Shown: positions 36,901 to 51,249 of the stretch, piece after piece | How the letters are laid out: each line of letters begins with the position of its first letter | Numbering within the stretch: position 1 is the stretch's first letter | Assembly: GCF_006345805.1 (NCBI RefSeq) | Contig: NC_042998.1 | Location: forward strand, 152,272,001 to 152,336,000 | Direction of reading: 5' to 3' | DNA: 64,000 nt | Source: Octopus sinensis | Lineage: Eukaryota | The notes under the pieces: model-generated | The model's database searches: none | Told to the model about the DNA's origin: nothing | What the model saw: the letters and a program-made list of their open reading frames with translations, nothing else | Position numbers and translations under genes: made by a program

Positions 36901-37059
36901 TTTTATTTTGAACTTCACAATGACAGGTTTGGTGTCGAAATACCGTTCAACCAATAAAATATTTATTGCAATCGCATCTCGCACTTCTTCTTGTCTACTA
37001 CTACTACTACTACTACTACTGAAGATGAGGAGGAGGAGGATAACAATAATAATAATAAT

Positions 37060-37114
<55 letters not shown>

Positions 37115-37117
<3 letters not shown>

Positions 37118-37711
37118 GCCCTGGTGCAGTACCAGCTAGTGGCTTTCTTGGCTTCTCATTTTAACTATGCCCTGATGCAGTACCAGGCAGTGGCTCTCAT
37201 GGCTTCTTATCTTAACTGATTGGAAGTGATATCATGTACATTGTTTTGTCTTGGTATAAAAGATGGGCTACAGCAAATATTCTGCTCAATACCACAGATT
37301 TGCTTGCCAGTTGTTTGACCATAAACCAGTTGAGCATGTCCCCTGGTGGCTGACGATATGTGCATCTCTGATCACGAGCAGAAGGAGTGCGGGAGCATCA
37401 TAATTATGTGTTGAGAGGAATTCTTTGGGGATTTGAATTATTCAGCTGTGGAAACATGAGTATTTCGTTCAACATCTTTAAACAACCCTTATTCAGGATG
37501 GATTTACTCGACCCAAAGAAAATTCTAACTGGGCCCCACTTGCATGGTTATGCGATATTGATCTTGATATGAGATCACCATATCGTGCACATATGGTTAT
37601 GAATAATGCGCCTGGTGTACTCTTATCAGACGGGTAGTCATGATGGGTATACCGGGCTCCGTATATTTCACCCCAGTGTCACTTTGATGACATGTACTGC
37701 TCTCTCACTCA
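37115..37711 (+). mobile_element. Family T element, full length with duplicated 5' head
   Basis: Two tandem ATGCCCTG.TGCAGTACCAG heads (37115 and about 37167); ends CTCTCACTCAG(TAA)n. Confidence 0.88.
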
Positions 37712-37766
<55 letters not shown>

Positions 37767-37767
<1 letters not shown>

Positions 37768-38913
37768 CTTCTATATATATAAACGGCAGTTTGTCTGTCT
37801 GTATGTCTGTGTGTCTGTCAGGTTGTACCCTCACCATGACCACGGCTTTCAACCGATTCTGATGAAACTTGACGCACACATAGCCCAATGTCATAATTCA
37901 AAACTAACGCAGCGAAAATTTTGAAAAGTTTCCTCAGTTCTGAAAAAATCGATAAATTCGACATGGGGTCGAGAATCTAAGCTTTTTATATGCAACACAT
38001 TTTCTGTTGTAGTTTTCGCAACTTGCAATCGATTTTCACCAAACTCATGTTACCCTAAGAAACTTAATTCTGACGTTAGTTTTCCATGCATTACCTTACC
38101 ATCAGAAAAAATCGATAAAATCATGCTATTTTGGGAAATCGCGTTCAAATTCAAGATGACATATCTTCGACAATATCTCTCACAAATTGGCAGGAATTTT
38201 TTTTTAAATTCCTAGCGAGCATCATGTCTGCTCCAAGGAGCTATATGGCCCTTTTTATTCCAATAGGATACATTATTACAGGAAAAAATCGGTTAATTAA
38301 ATCATATGTGGCACACATAGCAAACAGATTTGTGTATTAAACACAAAACCACAGACTGTCTAGAGGACGCAACTCGACCTTTTTAACTCTCGGAACACGT
38401 GGGGTAAGTATCCCAAAATGTATAAAAATATACAAAAACGGCAAAAAAACAGCAATGTGAGTGACAACAACGAAAAAGTCAAAAGTGACCAAACTGAACA
38501 AACGAATGGAAAAGGTTTTTTGGTGCACACGACAAAAGCGGTTTATAATAAACCAAGAGTTTGCAAGTAGCGTCCGGGGACCCTTAGGGTACGTCAAAAA
38601 TTTAAGGTAAAACGTTTGGGGTGGTAGTTATAAAGAAAGTTTAAACAAAAAGAGTATTCGAATAACTTGCGGCTGCAGCAGCTATTAGCAGAAGTGGCGG
38701 TGTTGGGGGTAAAGTCTCAAATGTAATTTCTTCCTGGTAGGAATTGGTTGGGTTGAATTATCGATAGCTGTTTGATAGTTATTTGGGAGTGAAGAGAAGA
38801 CATTGCAACCTACACATGCGCCTTCGTTCCCTAGAGGGAAAGGACTAGATTGGGAATAGTCGTTGCCTACTAGGGGCTCTTACATACCCGTCAACGCCGG
38901 GCTATGCTGCTAG
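37767..38913 (+). mobile_element. Non-autonomous Helitron, 1147 bp, inserted in (TAA)n
   Basis: A|TC 5' end, (CTGT)n and ACCGATTCTGATGAAAC near the 5' end, 3' hairpin CCCG-TCAACGC-CGGG (38887-38901), CTAG|T 3' end, no TSD. Confidence 0.88.
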
Positions 38914-38919
38914 TAATAA

Positions 38920-39948
38920 TAATAATATGAAGAGGTGCAAAGGTGGACGTAGGCTGGTTAGCGTACGGGAGCGCATCAACAGTGAAAGGAGAAACATGGC
39001 AGAATATTTGGTAAGCAGCAAATAATACCTGCTACAGTATGCTACTAATGCAGAAGGATTTACCAAAAATGGACTTGAGAGTGCTCATGAATTCCAATAA
39101 CGAAGAGCCAACGAAAGAGAAGAAAGCCTACTCTGCATGGATTTACATGTTTACAAACAACTTAAAAGACCAGGAAGCATCATAGAGGTGGCTCAGCAAG
39201 GATGACCTTAAAAAGAAAATGGAAAGCCTAATCATCTCTGCCCTAGATCAAGCATTGAATACTGACTCAGTGAAACGGGATATATACCACACAAGTGCAA
39301 CGAACCTCTGCAGAATGCGTAGAAAGACGGTCGAAAGCGTGACTCGCATTGTTAGTGCTTGAGAAAGTCTTGCGCAGAAAGAATACAAGCGTAGACACGA
39401 CAAGATAGCTCAAAATCATCACTAGGTACTATGACGGAAGTATGGATACGAGCTAACGGGTGCTTGGTACCAACATACACTAGAACATGTAATGGGCGAA
39501 AAGGGGAAGGCCAAAATCCTCTGGGACTTTGACTTCCAGACAGACAAGATGTTAGAGCACCGAAGGAGGGACAAACAAGAGTGCATAATAATATGTCAGG
39601 AGATCAACATATCACCATGAAGGAAAGAGAAAAGGTAGATGAATATAAAGACTTGAGAATTAAGTTCGTCATGATGTGGTAGCTACGAGAATCAAACATA
39701 AAGATTGTCCCTAATGTCCTCGGAACATTGAGTTCAATACCACCCAACCTGAAGAAACATTTGAAACTTTAGAAATACCCTACTATCTAGGTGTTTGGCA
39801 AAAATCAGCATCACTTGGAAATGCACGCATATTGCGTAGTGTACTGTCTGCCTCAGATCCTTGTTGGGACTTGGCAGACAGTACAAACCCTTGGTAGACA
39901 CAGTATCTTCAATCAACATCGCTATACTGGACACTGTGCGATGTCTTA

Positions 39949-39950
<2 letters not shown>
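38920..39950 (+). mobile_element. R4/Dong-like RLE LINE, decayed 3' portion with (TAA)n tail
   Basis: Homologous to 29977-30685 (..CAGAAAGAATACAAGCGTAGACACGACAAG.., TGGGACTTTGACTTCCAGACAGACAAGATG). Confidence 0.85.
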
Positions 39951-40028
<78 letters not shown>

Positions 40029-40030
<2 letters not shown>

Positions 40031-40470
40031 CTCAATACCACAGATTTGCTTGTCAGTTGTTTGACCTTAACCAGTTGAGCATGTCCCTTAGTGGCTGACG
40101 ATATGTGCATCTCTGATCACGAGCAGAAGTAGTGGGGGAGCATCATAGCCATGTGTTGAGAGGGATTCTTTGGGGTTTGAATAATTCACCTCTGGAAACA
40201 TGGGTGGTTCTTTCAACATCCTTAAACAACCCTTATTCAGGGACCGTTTGAGCGGGATGGGCTACTCAACCTGAAGAAAATTCTAACTGGGCCCCACCTG
40301 CAAGGTCATGTGCTGTTTATCTTGATATGAGATCACCATGTCGCGCACATATGGTTGTGATGCATGTGCCTGGTGTGCCTTTATCAGACGGGTAGTCATG
40401 ATGGGTATATTGGGCTTCGTATATTTTATCCCAGTGTCACTTTGATGGCATGAACTGCTCTCTCACTCAA
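40029..40470 (+). mobile_element. Family T element, 5'-truncated
   Basis: Aligns with 37290-37711; followed by (TAA)n/(TGA)n. Confidence 0.88.
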
Positions 40471-40484
40471 TAATAATAATAGTA

Positions 40485-40662
<178 letters not shown>

Positions 40663-41499
40663 GGAAGCTTCCTTATTATTCCTTCTTTGGTTCCTCCCTG
40701 AATATTCAAATATAAATGTAAACATATACTTTTTATTGCAAAAACACACCTGTTCTTCTAACTGGACATACAAACATCTCTAGAAAAGTTAACTTCAACC
40801 TCCACAATATTACCTTACACGAAATATACAAACACTTTTTATTGCAATAACACAAACGCACATGGAAAAAAAAAATAATGACGCTAAGATTCTCTCTGGT
40901 CGAACACAACTTCTGTATTCACAAACAATACAGAACAGCCCTTCCTTAATTTTTCTCAAGTTTAATAGTAGTAAACATCTGAACTTTTTTTGACCGATAG
41001 GACCCCACCTAAAAAAAAAAAATCACTGATGGTGATGGTGATGATGGTGATGATGATAATAATGATAGTAATAGTGCTGATAATCTATCTATCTATCTAC
41101 ACACACACACACACACACACACTCAAAGAGTTCAACCAACACAAACCTCACCTCTATTGTTAACCAAATATGAAAGTATTATTTGACTGGCAAGGACTCT
41201 GGCGTTGAAGACAGTCAGCCAGCCAACGAGACAGGCAGACACTACTGTGATGATGATAATGATAAAAAACAAAAATAACAATAATAAGATACTGCTGTAA
41301 CTACACATAAAACAATATCATTGATGATGATGGTGGTGATGGTGATGGTGATGATGATAATGATGATGGTAATGGTGGTGATAACGATGATAGTGATAAT
41401 AATGGTGATGATAATAACAATAATAAGCCGACTGCGGCTGCTATAATGGTACGATTATAATTGTAACGGCAATGATGGCCGTCTCCCCACGGGCCAATC

Positions 41500-44400
41500 A
41501 AAGCTCAAAAATGATAACATTATCGTAGCACCAAAATGTTTTTTGGAAACTAAAAGGAAAACTAAATCAGTATACCAAATCGCTTGTCCTATGGTTAATC
41601 TGGAAGCGCGTTCCCCAGGGAAGAGCCAGCCTGGGATCGAAAAGTCATCAACTGGCACAAACTCTTCTCCGAATACGGACATGGATGGTCATTTGAACGG
41701 GAAATCCCCCAACTCGAGCCCTCCAAGTTCACCACCACAACCACCACAGAAAGAAAAATGTAAGCGGAACAAATGGACCCGAGAAGAGTATAAAGAAGTA
41801 ATATACGCTTATTACTATGCATTAGGTAGGCCATCTCAAGAGAGACACACCGCAAACTCTTACAGTATATGGAGAACACGGAATCAAGACAGTAGGCCCT
41901 ATTTGGACGAGAACAAATTAGCAAATGTGAGGAGGGATATCCTTAGAAATAACAGACTCACAGACAGTGAAATAAGCGCGATCAAGCACGCAACGGAAAA
42001 TGACATAAATATAAGACACAAAGGAAATGAAGAATCAGATGAACAGTATTGAAAGACTGCCATCTGACCAAAGTACGCAAAGGCCTGAAGATACAAGAAA
42101 TTCTATTGTACATGTTAAAGATAGCCAGGAAAACGATAAAACAACAGTAACTGAAGATCTCGCATTTGCTGAAGAACACAGAGAGTCTATGGCAGAAATG
42201 AGGCAGAAAATCCTGAATACGCTTGAAGTTGTAAGACATACAAGTATGAATGATAGAGAACCACTTCATAAACTCTCAAATACAAACCAAAATAAAAAAC
42301 AAATCCAAATTGGCAACTATGTAACAAATGAAATAATACAAGAATTAAAACCTGATTTTACTGAGTTAAATGAAATTATTTACGCTTCTGCTAGGGCAAT
42401 TGAAACCAGCTGTATGCCCCCGAAAAAACAAAGAAAACAAAACCTGGGAAGAAATCAAACCTGGAGAAGTAAAATTGAAAAAGAGATAGACTTTATGAGA
42501 GGGCAAATATCAATATTAAATGAACTAATATGTGGAAATGATGTAAGATCCAGAACAGGAAGAAAGATGAAGAGAAAATTTGGATCCTCACCAAGAGAAG
42601 AACTGATATCAATAAAAGAAACGCTGAAACAAAAAGTCCAAGCAAAAGCCCAAAGAATACGAAGATTTGAGAAGTGAAGCAAGTTTTACAAGCAAAATAA
42701 GCTGTTCACATCCAATGCCAAAAAATTCTACAGAGAAATAGGGAAGGAGAAAGTAACCGTTAAAGACCCCCCTACCATGGAAGAAGTTCAAAACTTTTGG
42801 AAAAGGATTTGGAGTGACAAGAAGACGTACAACATAAATGCACACTGGATTATACAAACTGAAGGATCCTACCAAAATTTACAACATCAAGCATGGGAAG
42901 ACATCACAATAGCAGACCTAAGAAAGGCACTCACGAAGGCCCATAATTGGAAATCCCCCGGTAAAGATAGGGTGCCGAATTTCTGGCTCGCATCGCTCCC
43001 ATGCGCACACGGTAAGCTAGTTCAGCTGCTCAATGGAATTATGAGAGACCCAAAGAAAACACCTGAATGGTTAGCAAGTGGTATTACTTACCTACTGCCA
43101 AAGAATAACGAAACCAACCTTCCAAAAAACTATCGGCCTATAACCTGTTTATCCACCACGTATAAAATCCTAACATCTATCCTGGCGGAGAAAACATATG
43201 CATTCATGGAGAAGAACGATATTTTCCCTATTGAACAAAAAGGGTGTCGCCGAGGCTCTTACGGATGCAAAGATCAACTGCTAATTAATCGTATGATCCT
43301 TGAGAACTGTCACAACAAGCGCAGAAATCTCAGCTCCGCATGGATTGACTATAAAAAGGCCTTCGACAGTATACCGCATCCATGGATCTTGAGATCGCTG
43401 GACATCTTCAAAATTTCCCCTGTGATTTCAAACTTCCTGAAGCACAATATGTCGTTGTGGAATACGAATCTCTTATTATACCACTCTAATGGAGTACTTG
43501 CCTCAGAAAATATTAACATCAACTGTGGAATTTTTCAAGGTGACTCACTTTCACCTTTAATATTCTGCATAGCCCTAATACCCCTTACAAGTGAATTAAA
43601 CAGAACAGGGTATGGGTATAAAATTGCCAATAAAAAAATAAGCTATCTATTTTATATGGATGACTTAAAACTTTATGGTAAAGACAATAATGAACTTGAA
43701 GGCCTATTGCGTACTGTGAAAGCATTCAGCGATGACATCGGGATGGAGTTTGGACTTGAGAAGTGTGCCAAGGCCACTTTCCTGAAAGGGAAAGTGAAGA
43801 CCACAAATTCAGTCGTGTTAGATGTTGACACAGTCATAAGAGAGCTTGAGCAAGAACAAACATACAAATATTTAGGGATAAATGAAGGCTCTGGTATTCA
43901 GCATGCAAGCATGAAAGAGAAGATCAGGAAGGAATGTTATAGGAGAGTTCGTGCAGTCCTGAAATCTGAACTAAATGCACGTAACAAGGTGTTAGCTATA
44001 AATTCCTTAGCAGTTCCAGTTGTTACTAATAGCTACAATGTGTTGAACTGGAATATGAGTGAAGTAAAGAATATAGATAGGAAAATACGCAAGCTGCTGA
44101 GTTGTAATAGGATGCACCACCCAAAGGCAGACGTAGATCGCCTTTACCTTCCCAGAGCCCAAGGAGGTCGAGGCCTGATCCAATTTGAACTAGCTTACAA
44201 AACAACCACAATTGGACTGGCCAAATATCTCGAAATAACGAATGACTGGATGCTAAAGCTCGTGGAAAATCACGAGAGACGAAAGAAGCTTCATTCTATC
44301 ATAAAGGAATGCAAAAAATTTGCTATTGATCTCGTGCAGGATACCCAAACTGAACAACCCGAGGGAAGTACGGCAACTATTGTTGCAAAGAAGGTGAAAA

Positions 44401-45242
44401 TAATGGCAACGAAAAAAGCGCACGAGCAATTGGCTGATAGGCGGGAGGAGAAACCTCTGCACGGCAAATATGTGGCCCGTAGCAAACAAGCTGATGTTTA
44501 CCAGAAGCAAACCCATCAGTGGCTACGGAGCTCAGGGTTAAAAGCAGAGAGCGAAGGTTTCATCCTGGCTGCTCAAGACCAAAGCCTATTAACCCGGAAC
44601 TACCAGGCCAATGTAATGAAAAATGGAGCAAACCCAAAATGCCGATTCTGCAATGACATGATTGAAACAGTGGACCACCTAATCTCTGGATATAAAGTCT
44701 TAGCACCAGTGGAGTATAAATTAAGACATGACAGAGTTGGCCAATATCTACACTGGCTAATAAGTCGGCATTACAATATCAAAACTGCCGACAAGTGGTA
44801 TAATCACCACCCTGAGGCTGTAACTGAAGGAGAAAATGTAACCATTCTGTGGGACTTTCCAGTACATACAGACCGAACCATCAAGGCCAATAAACCAGAT
44901 ATTGTTGTGAAAGACCAAAACAATAAAGTTTGCTTATTGATCGACATGAGCATCCCCTGTGATCATAATATCTCAGCGAAAGAGTTTGACAAGCTCAGAA
45001 AATATAAAGACCTACTCATTGAAATTGAGAAAATGTGGCATCTCAAGGCGGTTACAATACCAGTGATCGTAGGAGCACTAAGAATGATCAAGAAGGGAAC
45101 CGAAAATTATATGAGAATGATCCCTGGCTTACCATTGAGTTTGGTTTAATGGCCTACCAATGTATACTATGAGTTTCTTTGCCTTAGGAGTCGGGAAGAC
45201 ACTCGGCAAGAAATGGAAGCAAATTTGAAAGAAGAAAAAAAA

Positions 45243-45245
<3 letters not shown>
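41500..45245 (+). mobile_element. Near full-length R4/Dong-like RLE non-LTR retrotransposon with (TAA)n tail
   Basis: Myb-like N-terminus KWTREEYKEV; RT (KSPGKD, NYRPITCL, EQKGCRRG, WIDYKKAFDSIPH, GIFQGDSLSPL, YMDD, YKYLG); CRFC..HLISG(Y) knuckle; KPDIVV..LIDMSIP endonuclease. One frameshift near 42040 and one stop at 42675-42677. Confidence 0.95.
42777..45149 (+). CDS. RT plus restriction-like endonuclease ORF (790 aa) of the R4/Dong-like element
   Basis: Uninterrupted ORF in the track; the last knuckle Cys reads Tyr and the usual C-terminal about 20 aa (seen in the 18934 fragment) are missing. Confidence 0.85.
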   Translation: MEEVQNFWKRIWSDKKTYNINAHWIIQTEGSYQNLQHQAWEDITIADLRKALTKAHNWKSPGKDRVPNFWLASLPCAHGKLVQLLNGIMRDPKKTPEWLASGITYLLPKNNETNLPKNYRPITCLSTTYKILTSILAEKTYAFMEKNDIFPIEQKGCRRGSYGCKDQLLINRMILENCHNKRRNLSSAWIDYKKAFDSIPHPWILRSLDIFKISPVISNFLKHNMSLWNTNLLLYHSNGVLASENININCGIFQGDSLSPLIFCIALIPLTSELNRTGYGYKIANKKISYLFYMDDLKLYGKDNNELEGLLRTVKAFSDDIGMEFGLEKCAKATFLKGKVKTTNSVVLDVDTVIRELEQEQTYKYLGINEGSGIQHASMKEKIRKECYRRVRAVLKSELNARNKVLAINSLAVPVVTNSYNVLNWNMSEVKNIDRKIRKLLSCNRMHHPKADVDRLYLPRAQGGRGLIQFELAYKTTTIGLAKYLEITNDWMLKLVENHERRKKLHSIIKECKKFAIDLVQDTQTEQPEGSTATIVAKKVKIMATKKAHEQLADRREEKPLHGKYVARSKQADVYQKQTHQWLRSSGLKAESEGFILAAQDQSLLTRNYQANVMKNGANPKCRFCNDMIETVDHLISGYKVLAPVEYKLRHDRVGQYLHWLISRHYNIKTADKWYNHHPEAVTEGENVTILWDFPVHTDRTIKANKPDIVVKDQNNKVCLLIDMSIPCDHNISAKEFDKLRKYKDLLIEIEKMWHLKAVTIPVIVGALRMIKKGTENYMRMIPGLPLSLV

Positions 45246-45290
<45 letters not shown>

Positions 45291-45295
<5 letters not shown>

Positions 45296-45495
45296 CCTTT
45301 CTAAAATAGGCACAAGGTCTGAAATTTTCGGGGAAGGATTAAGTTGATTACATCGACCCCAGTGTTTCACTGATTCTTAATTCATCGACCTCGAATGGAT
45401 GAAAGGCAAAGTCGAATTTTAACTAAGAACGTAGAGAAGGACGAAATGACCCTTAACATCTTGCCCGGCGTGATAATGACTGTCAGCTCATCGCC
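45291..45495 (-). mobile_element. SINE family C
   Basis: Reverse complement of the GGCGATGAGCTGACAG head through GAAAGGATTATT tail. Confidence 0.8.
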
Positions 45496-45575
45496 TTCAT
45501 AAGAATACGGATAGGAGGTATTGTCATGCATATATTTTGTCTTGGTGCAAAAGATGGGTATAAAATATATTATTA

Positions 45576-46080
45576 TTGAGTGAGACAGCAGTGCATGCCA
45601 TCAAAGTGACACTGCGGTACAAATATACCAAGCCCAATATACCTATCATGACTACCCATCTCATAAGGGTACACCAGGCGCATGCATCACAATCATGTGT
45701 GTGCGACATGGTGACCTCATGGCAAGATAAATAGTGCATAACTTTGGAGCTGGAGCCAAGTTAGAATTTTCTTCAGGTTGAGAAGCGCAGCCCGCTCAAA
45801 AGGTCCATGATTGAGGGTTGTTTAAGGATGTTGGACGTAACACCCATGTTTCCAAAAGAATTCTTCTCAACACATGGCTATGATGCTTCCCCACTACTTC
45901 TGCTCGAGATAAGAGATGTACATATTGTCAGCTACTAAGGGACATGGTCAACTGGTTAAGCTCAAGCAACTGCCAAGCATATCTGTGGTATTGAGCAGAA
46001 TATTTGCTGTAGCCCATCTTTTATACCAAAACAAAACGTGTGCATGATACAATTTCTAATCAGCTAAAATCAGAAGCCAT
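45576..46080 (-). mobile_element. Family T element
   Basis: Aligns with 28122-28640. Confidence 0.88.
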
Positions 46081-46115
46081 TAAATCCAATTATATTGTTG
46101 TTGTTGTTGTTGTTG

Positions 46116-46196
<81 letters not shown>

Positions 46197-46198
<2 letters not shown>

Positions 46199-46773
46199 GT
46201 GAGAGAGAGCAGTGCATGCCATCAAAGTGACTCTGGGGTAAAATATACGAAGCCCATTATACCCATCATGTCTACTTGTCTGATAAGGGTACACTAGGCA
46301 CATACATCACAACCATACGTGCGCGACGTGGTGATCTCATATCAAGATAAACAGCACATGACCTTGCAGGTGGGGCCCAGTTAGAATTTTCTTCTGGTCG
46401 AGTAACCCATCCTGCTCAAAAGGTCCCCGAGTAAGGGTTATTTAAGGATGTCGAACGAAACACCTATGTTTCCAGAGGCGAATTATTCAAACTCCAAAGA
46501 ATACCTCTCAACACATGGCTATGATGCTCTCCCACTATTTCTGCTCGTGATAAGAGATGCCCATTTCGTGACCCACTAAGGGACATGCTCAACTGGTTAA
46601 GGTCAAACAACTGACAAGCAAATATGTGGTATTGAGCAGAATATTTGCTGTAGCCCATCTTTTATACCAAAACAAAACAATGTACATGATAACAATTCCA
46701 ATTAGCTAAGATCAGAAACCACGGGAGCCACTGCCTGGTACTGCATCTGGGCATTTAGGGTACTGCATCAGGG

Positions 46774-46775
<2 letters not shown>
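46197..46775 (-). mobile_element. Family T element, full length with partly duplicated head
   Basis: Aligns with 28122-28667. Confidence 0.88.
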
Positions 46776-46861
<86 letters not shown>

Positions 46862-46864
46862 GTT

Positions 46865-46895
<31 letters not shown>

Positions 46896-48050
46896 CTGTT
46901 GCTGTTGTTATTATTATTTTTGTTTTTGTTGTTGTTATCATTGTTATCACTATTATTATTATTAAAGCAGATCTAACACTTCCAATCAGTTAATATTAAA
47001 ATCTATGAGAGCACTGCCTGTTACTGCAGTAGCTGACTTCCCAGGAAATATTAGTACACTTGGGCTTACTATGTGTGATTGAAAGTGTAATTTGGTGGTA
47101 GACCCAGTATGGCTGCACCCACGTAAAGGCTAATATAATTAATAAATTTATTGATATGAACAATTTAACTTTGAGGAAAATGTAATACATATTAAGTAAG
47201 ATTTAGTAAACTGTGTTGGAAGATGGAGATTGTAATCATGGTAGTAATTAGTATGTGATTTGACTTTCAATCGCTTAAATGTTTGTGGTTTTGAACTTTT
47301 GCCCTTTCGTGTACACATTTACTTATTCGTCCACTATTACCACCACTTGGAATTTTAATGGCTATCACCATTATTTTTAGGAAGTTATTCTATTCGTATG
47401 TACCACTTTTACTAGTTGTCTCCCCTTAACTATAAAAAATTATAGCATTTTGACTGACAGTATTTAATTATTTTATTCTTATTTATGTTATATTGAGAAG
47501 TTGCAGAAAGCCATAAACGACTTCGCACCACTTATATCATAGTATTCTCCCCTGCACCCTTTATTTATTGGTGGTTCGTTTTCTTCTTTATTTACATATC
47601 CCCTGAAACGGTTTTAACTTTTGCCCTTGGTTCACATATAATTGACCAATTGTAGTGATGGATAGACTTTGGTGAATTCCATTTCAGACAACAAGTGGTG
47701 GTCACTATAATATTTCACCATTATAAGAACCCTACGGTTTTGTTTTTGGATAAATTTTAACTAGCCCTATTTGCGATAACATAAGTGCTATTCTCTTTCT
47801 AGATATATTGGTAATTTCTAGTCTTATTTCATTTCACTACTTTTCAAACATCTTGGTTCGCCCTTTATATAGAAATAACCTGTAAATATTTCCCTAGACC
47901 ACTGCTAGATCACTCCTTTCCCTATTGACTTCGAAGCTCTACGCTGGAAGATAGTATGATTTTAATATATTGAATCTTCTGGCCTCTTCTCGAGGCCCTA
48001 TTGTTTCCTATTTCTTCTTCCCTTCCTTTATTTTATTTTATGCAGTTGTA

Positions 48051-48168
48051 TTCATTCTGATGAAGTTCCATGTACTAGATCGAATGTCCAATGAAGATGA
48101 CGAATATTTTTTTTCGAAATTCTTTCGCAAGCACTGACTGGCAATGGAAACGGAAACGGCCGTATGAA
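48051..48168 (+). ncRNA. Degenerate hammerhead motif with long stem II loop
   Basis: ttcatt CTGATGA a gttccat....atggaaac g GAAA cggccg TA tgaa; stem I is out of register by 2 nt. Confidence 0.5.
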
Positions 48169-48641
48169 ACGTTATGTCATAGAATTGCTATGTCATGTTT
48201 TGTTTTAAAAAATTATGTACAGATGTGGTCCAGTTTGTTGATCAAAAGTTTTCTCCATTTTCTGATTATTTAAATTTGATTCCTGATAAACTTTTGTTTA
48301 TTCTATCGTTACTTGTACCCTATGAGCATAGTGTACCTGAATACCCATGCCCAGGGATAACACAGGCAACTGTTACCGATAGTAAATACGGATATTTTTA
48401 TTCCTTAGTCGGTTCCAACAACCGCTAACTCTGCATACCTTATACATATGTATGTATATATATATATATATACTAAGTAATTAAGGGTTTAGCAACGAAT
48501 TGCCTCACCACACACCGAATTTAGAAATAGCAGTCAAAGAGTTATAGCTATTCTTTCTACTAAAAGGGAGATCTCAGTAAAAACACAGCACTTGAAAGGC
48601 AAACGGACTTATACACGCACACACATACATACATAAGAAAA

Positions 48642-48679
<38 letters not shown>

Positions 48680-48856
48680 CACACACACTCGCATATATAC
48701 ACACATACATACATATGCACATACATACGTATCATGATGCACACTTATGCATATATACATATACACAGTAGCAAAAACATAAACTATGAACATTTTTAAA
48801 ATATAGAGGACAATTTTAAAACAGGAAAAAATAATATAGTCATAAGGCATATAAGA

Positions 48857-48896
<40 letters not shown>

Positions 48897-49235
48897 CGTG
48901 TGTGTATGTGTGTGTATGCGTGTGTACGTGTGTGTGTGTGCTTGTGTGACTGTATGTGCACGTGTGTGCGCGGGCGCACGCGTGCTCATGTGTACTTATA
49001 CGTGTTTATGTATGTATGCATGTATGCATATATGGATATGTATGGGTGTATATTATATATATATACACACAAATGTACGTGAGTGTCGTACATGCACATA
49101 CTGAGTGTGGGGCATCTTCGTGCAATATACACGAGGTTTCTACTTTCAATATACGAAATATATCTAAGCGTATGTGCGTATACATATGCACGTATTTATG
49201 TATGTGTCTGTATGTTTATGAGTATGTACATATAT

Positions 49236-49290
<55 letters not shown>

Positions 49291-49324
49291 AACATACATA
49301 CATGCATACATACGTATATATATA

Positions 49325-49370
<46 letters not shown>

Positions 49371-49479
49371 CATACATATATATATATATATACACACACA
49401 CACATACACTCAATTCTTGAAAATGTAAGTTTACATTTCGTATATGAGTAATTATGTAGGTACATGTGAGAATATATAT

Positions 49480-49559
<80 letters not shown>

Positions 49560-51249
49560 ATGTATATGTGTATATTTATTGATAGATAGATAGATATATA
49601 TAGATAAATAGGTATATGTAGATATACATATACGTATATATGTAATATATATATATGTATATATATATTATATGTATGTATATATGCAATATGTGTAGTA
49701 TATATATATATGTGTGTGTGTGTGTATGTATATATATACATATATACATACATATATACATACATACTTACATGCATACATACATATGTAAATACGTATA
49801 TGTGTATCTGAAAGAGAAATATATTTATATGGTGATAAATACATGCATACGTACGTATGTACATATATACATATGAACATACATATATACATTTATAGAC
49901 ACACAGCATATACAAATGTATATAGACGCTTACAAACAGACAGTCAGAGGCACACAGACACACACTTATAAAATGAGATACGACTACAAATATAAGACAT
50001 AATTATTTTAATAAACCGACGGAAAAATCATAACAGATCATCAAATGACGGGAGGAAAAGATTTAATTAAAAATGTCTCTCGTCTGTTTACAAAGTGTTT
50101 AAATTACAAATTACCGATTTGTACCATTTCTAGGAATGATGAGAATCGAGTGGCTGAATGGATAAGCTAGTGAGCTATTTGATCGTGAGTTCATTTTTTT
50201 CCTCTGACTTTCTCGGCAATACTTACATCATAACAAAAATTGTAAAATAAACTAAGTTGGGTTTTTTGCCTTTGAAGAAGAGGTGAGTTCGCGTGATTTT
50301 TTTTTCTACGAAGGATTGACTTGAATTACATGACAAAGTCGTTCACTTCATTTTCAGTCAGCCACCAAATACTATTTCGACCGATACCAGCCATAGAGGT
50401 GTACCGCTAAATCAGAAGTGAGAAACCCACGTTACTCTGAAATGTAATTTACTGGGACTTCAAGTTCTTTCCCTATTTGTGTTTTGTGTAAGAAGGAAAG
50501 CCGGGTCGAAAGTATGAAGAGTATATAATGAGTTTTATAATTTGTTTCGTACCAACATTTCCTCCCTACACCTCTAGATAAAGAATACATCACTAGTTGA
50601 ATAAGACGACAGGCGAAATTTGAAGTTCCAGTCACATCTACACAACAATTTTTGACTCAACTCTCAGTATAGTCAGAAAGTCAGTACATGGGCCATTGTT
50701 TTATTAAAATTGTTTTATAATAATAATGTGTGTGTACTCGTGAGCATGCATCCGTATGTGTGCGTGCATATGTGTAATTCTATGTGTGCGCGCATGTGTG
50801 TATATGTATGTGTTTGTATGTGTATGTGTTTAAGCCTGAAGACAAAAAAAAAGAAAATTAATGCAAGTTTGAATGTCCAAATTTTAAAATTTGTACCTAT
50901 ATTACTTGTATTACTTTATTACATAATTTTTTTATCTGCAGACATGGCGCGACACATTTCTTACGTTCTTCACTCCGGTTTCTAAATTGTTCCTCACTTC
51001 TTTTTTGAATGGTCATTCACAATAGAAACCAAATTGTCCTCATACCTTACCATCTAGAAAGGTTACATCAGATAATGCAGTTGTAATTAGCTATAAAAAT
51101 AAACGAGGTGAATCATTCACGATAAACCTACTCAGTCAGAATTGACCTGGGGTTAAATAACTACAGCCTCCATTTACAACCAACCAACGCCATTATTCAG
51201 TCAAAGGACTCAACCCAACATGATAGACCATTTCTCTTTTAAAGGTACG

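Noticed and set aside
37850-37875. CTGATGAAAC as a hammerhead
   Set aside because: It is part of the Helitron 5' conserved block and has no stems.
41580-41670. HDV-like ribozyme at the R4 element 5' end
   Set aside because: I could not assign P1-P3 and J4/2 by hand; it needs a descriptor search.
48195-48428. Short non-repetitive ORF as a host exon
   Set aside because: No recognisable domain or splice support.
50444-50641. About 27-bp imperfect inverted repeat
   Set aside because: Too degenerate to call beyond a possible old MITE.
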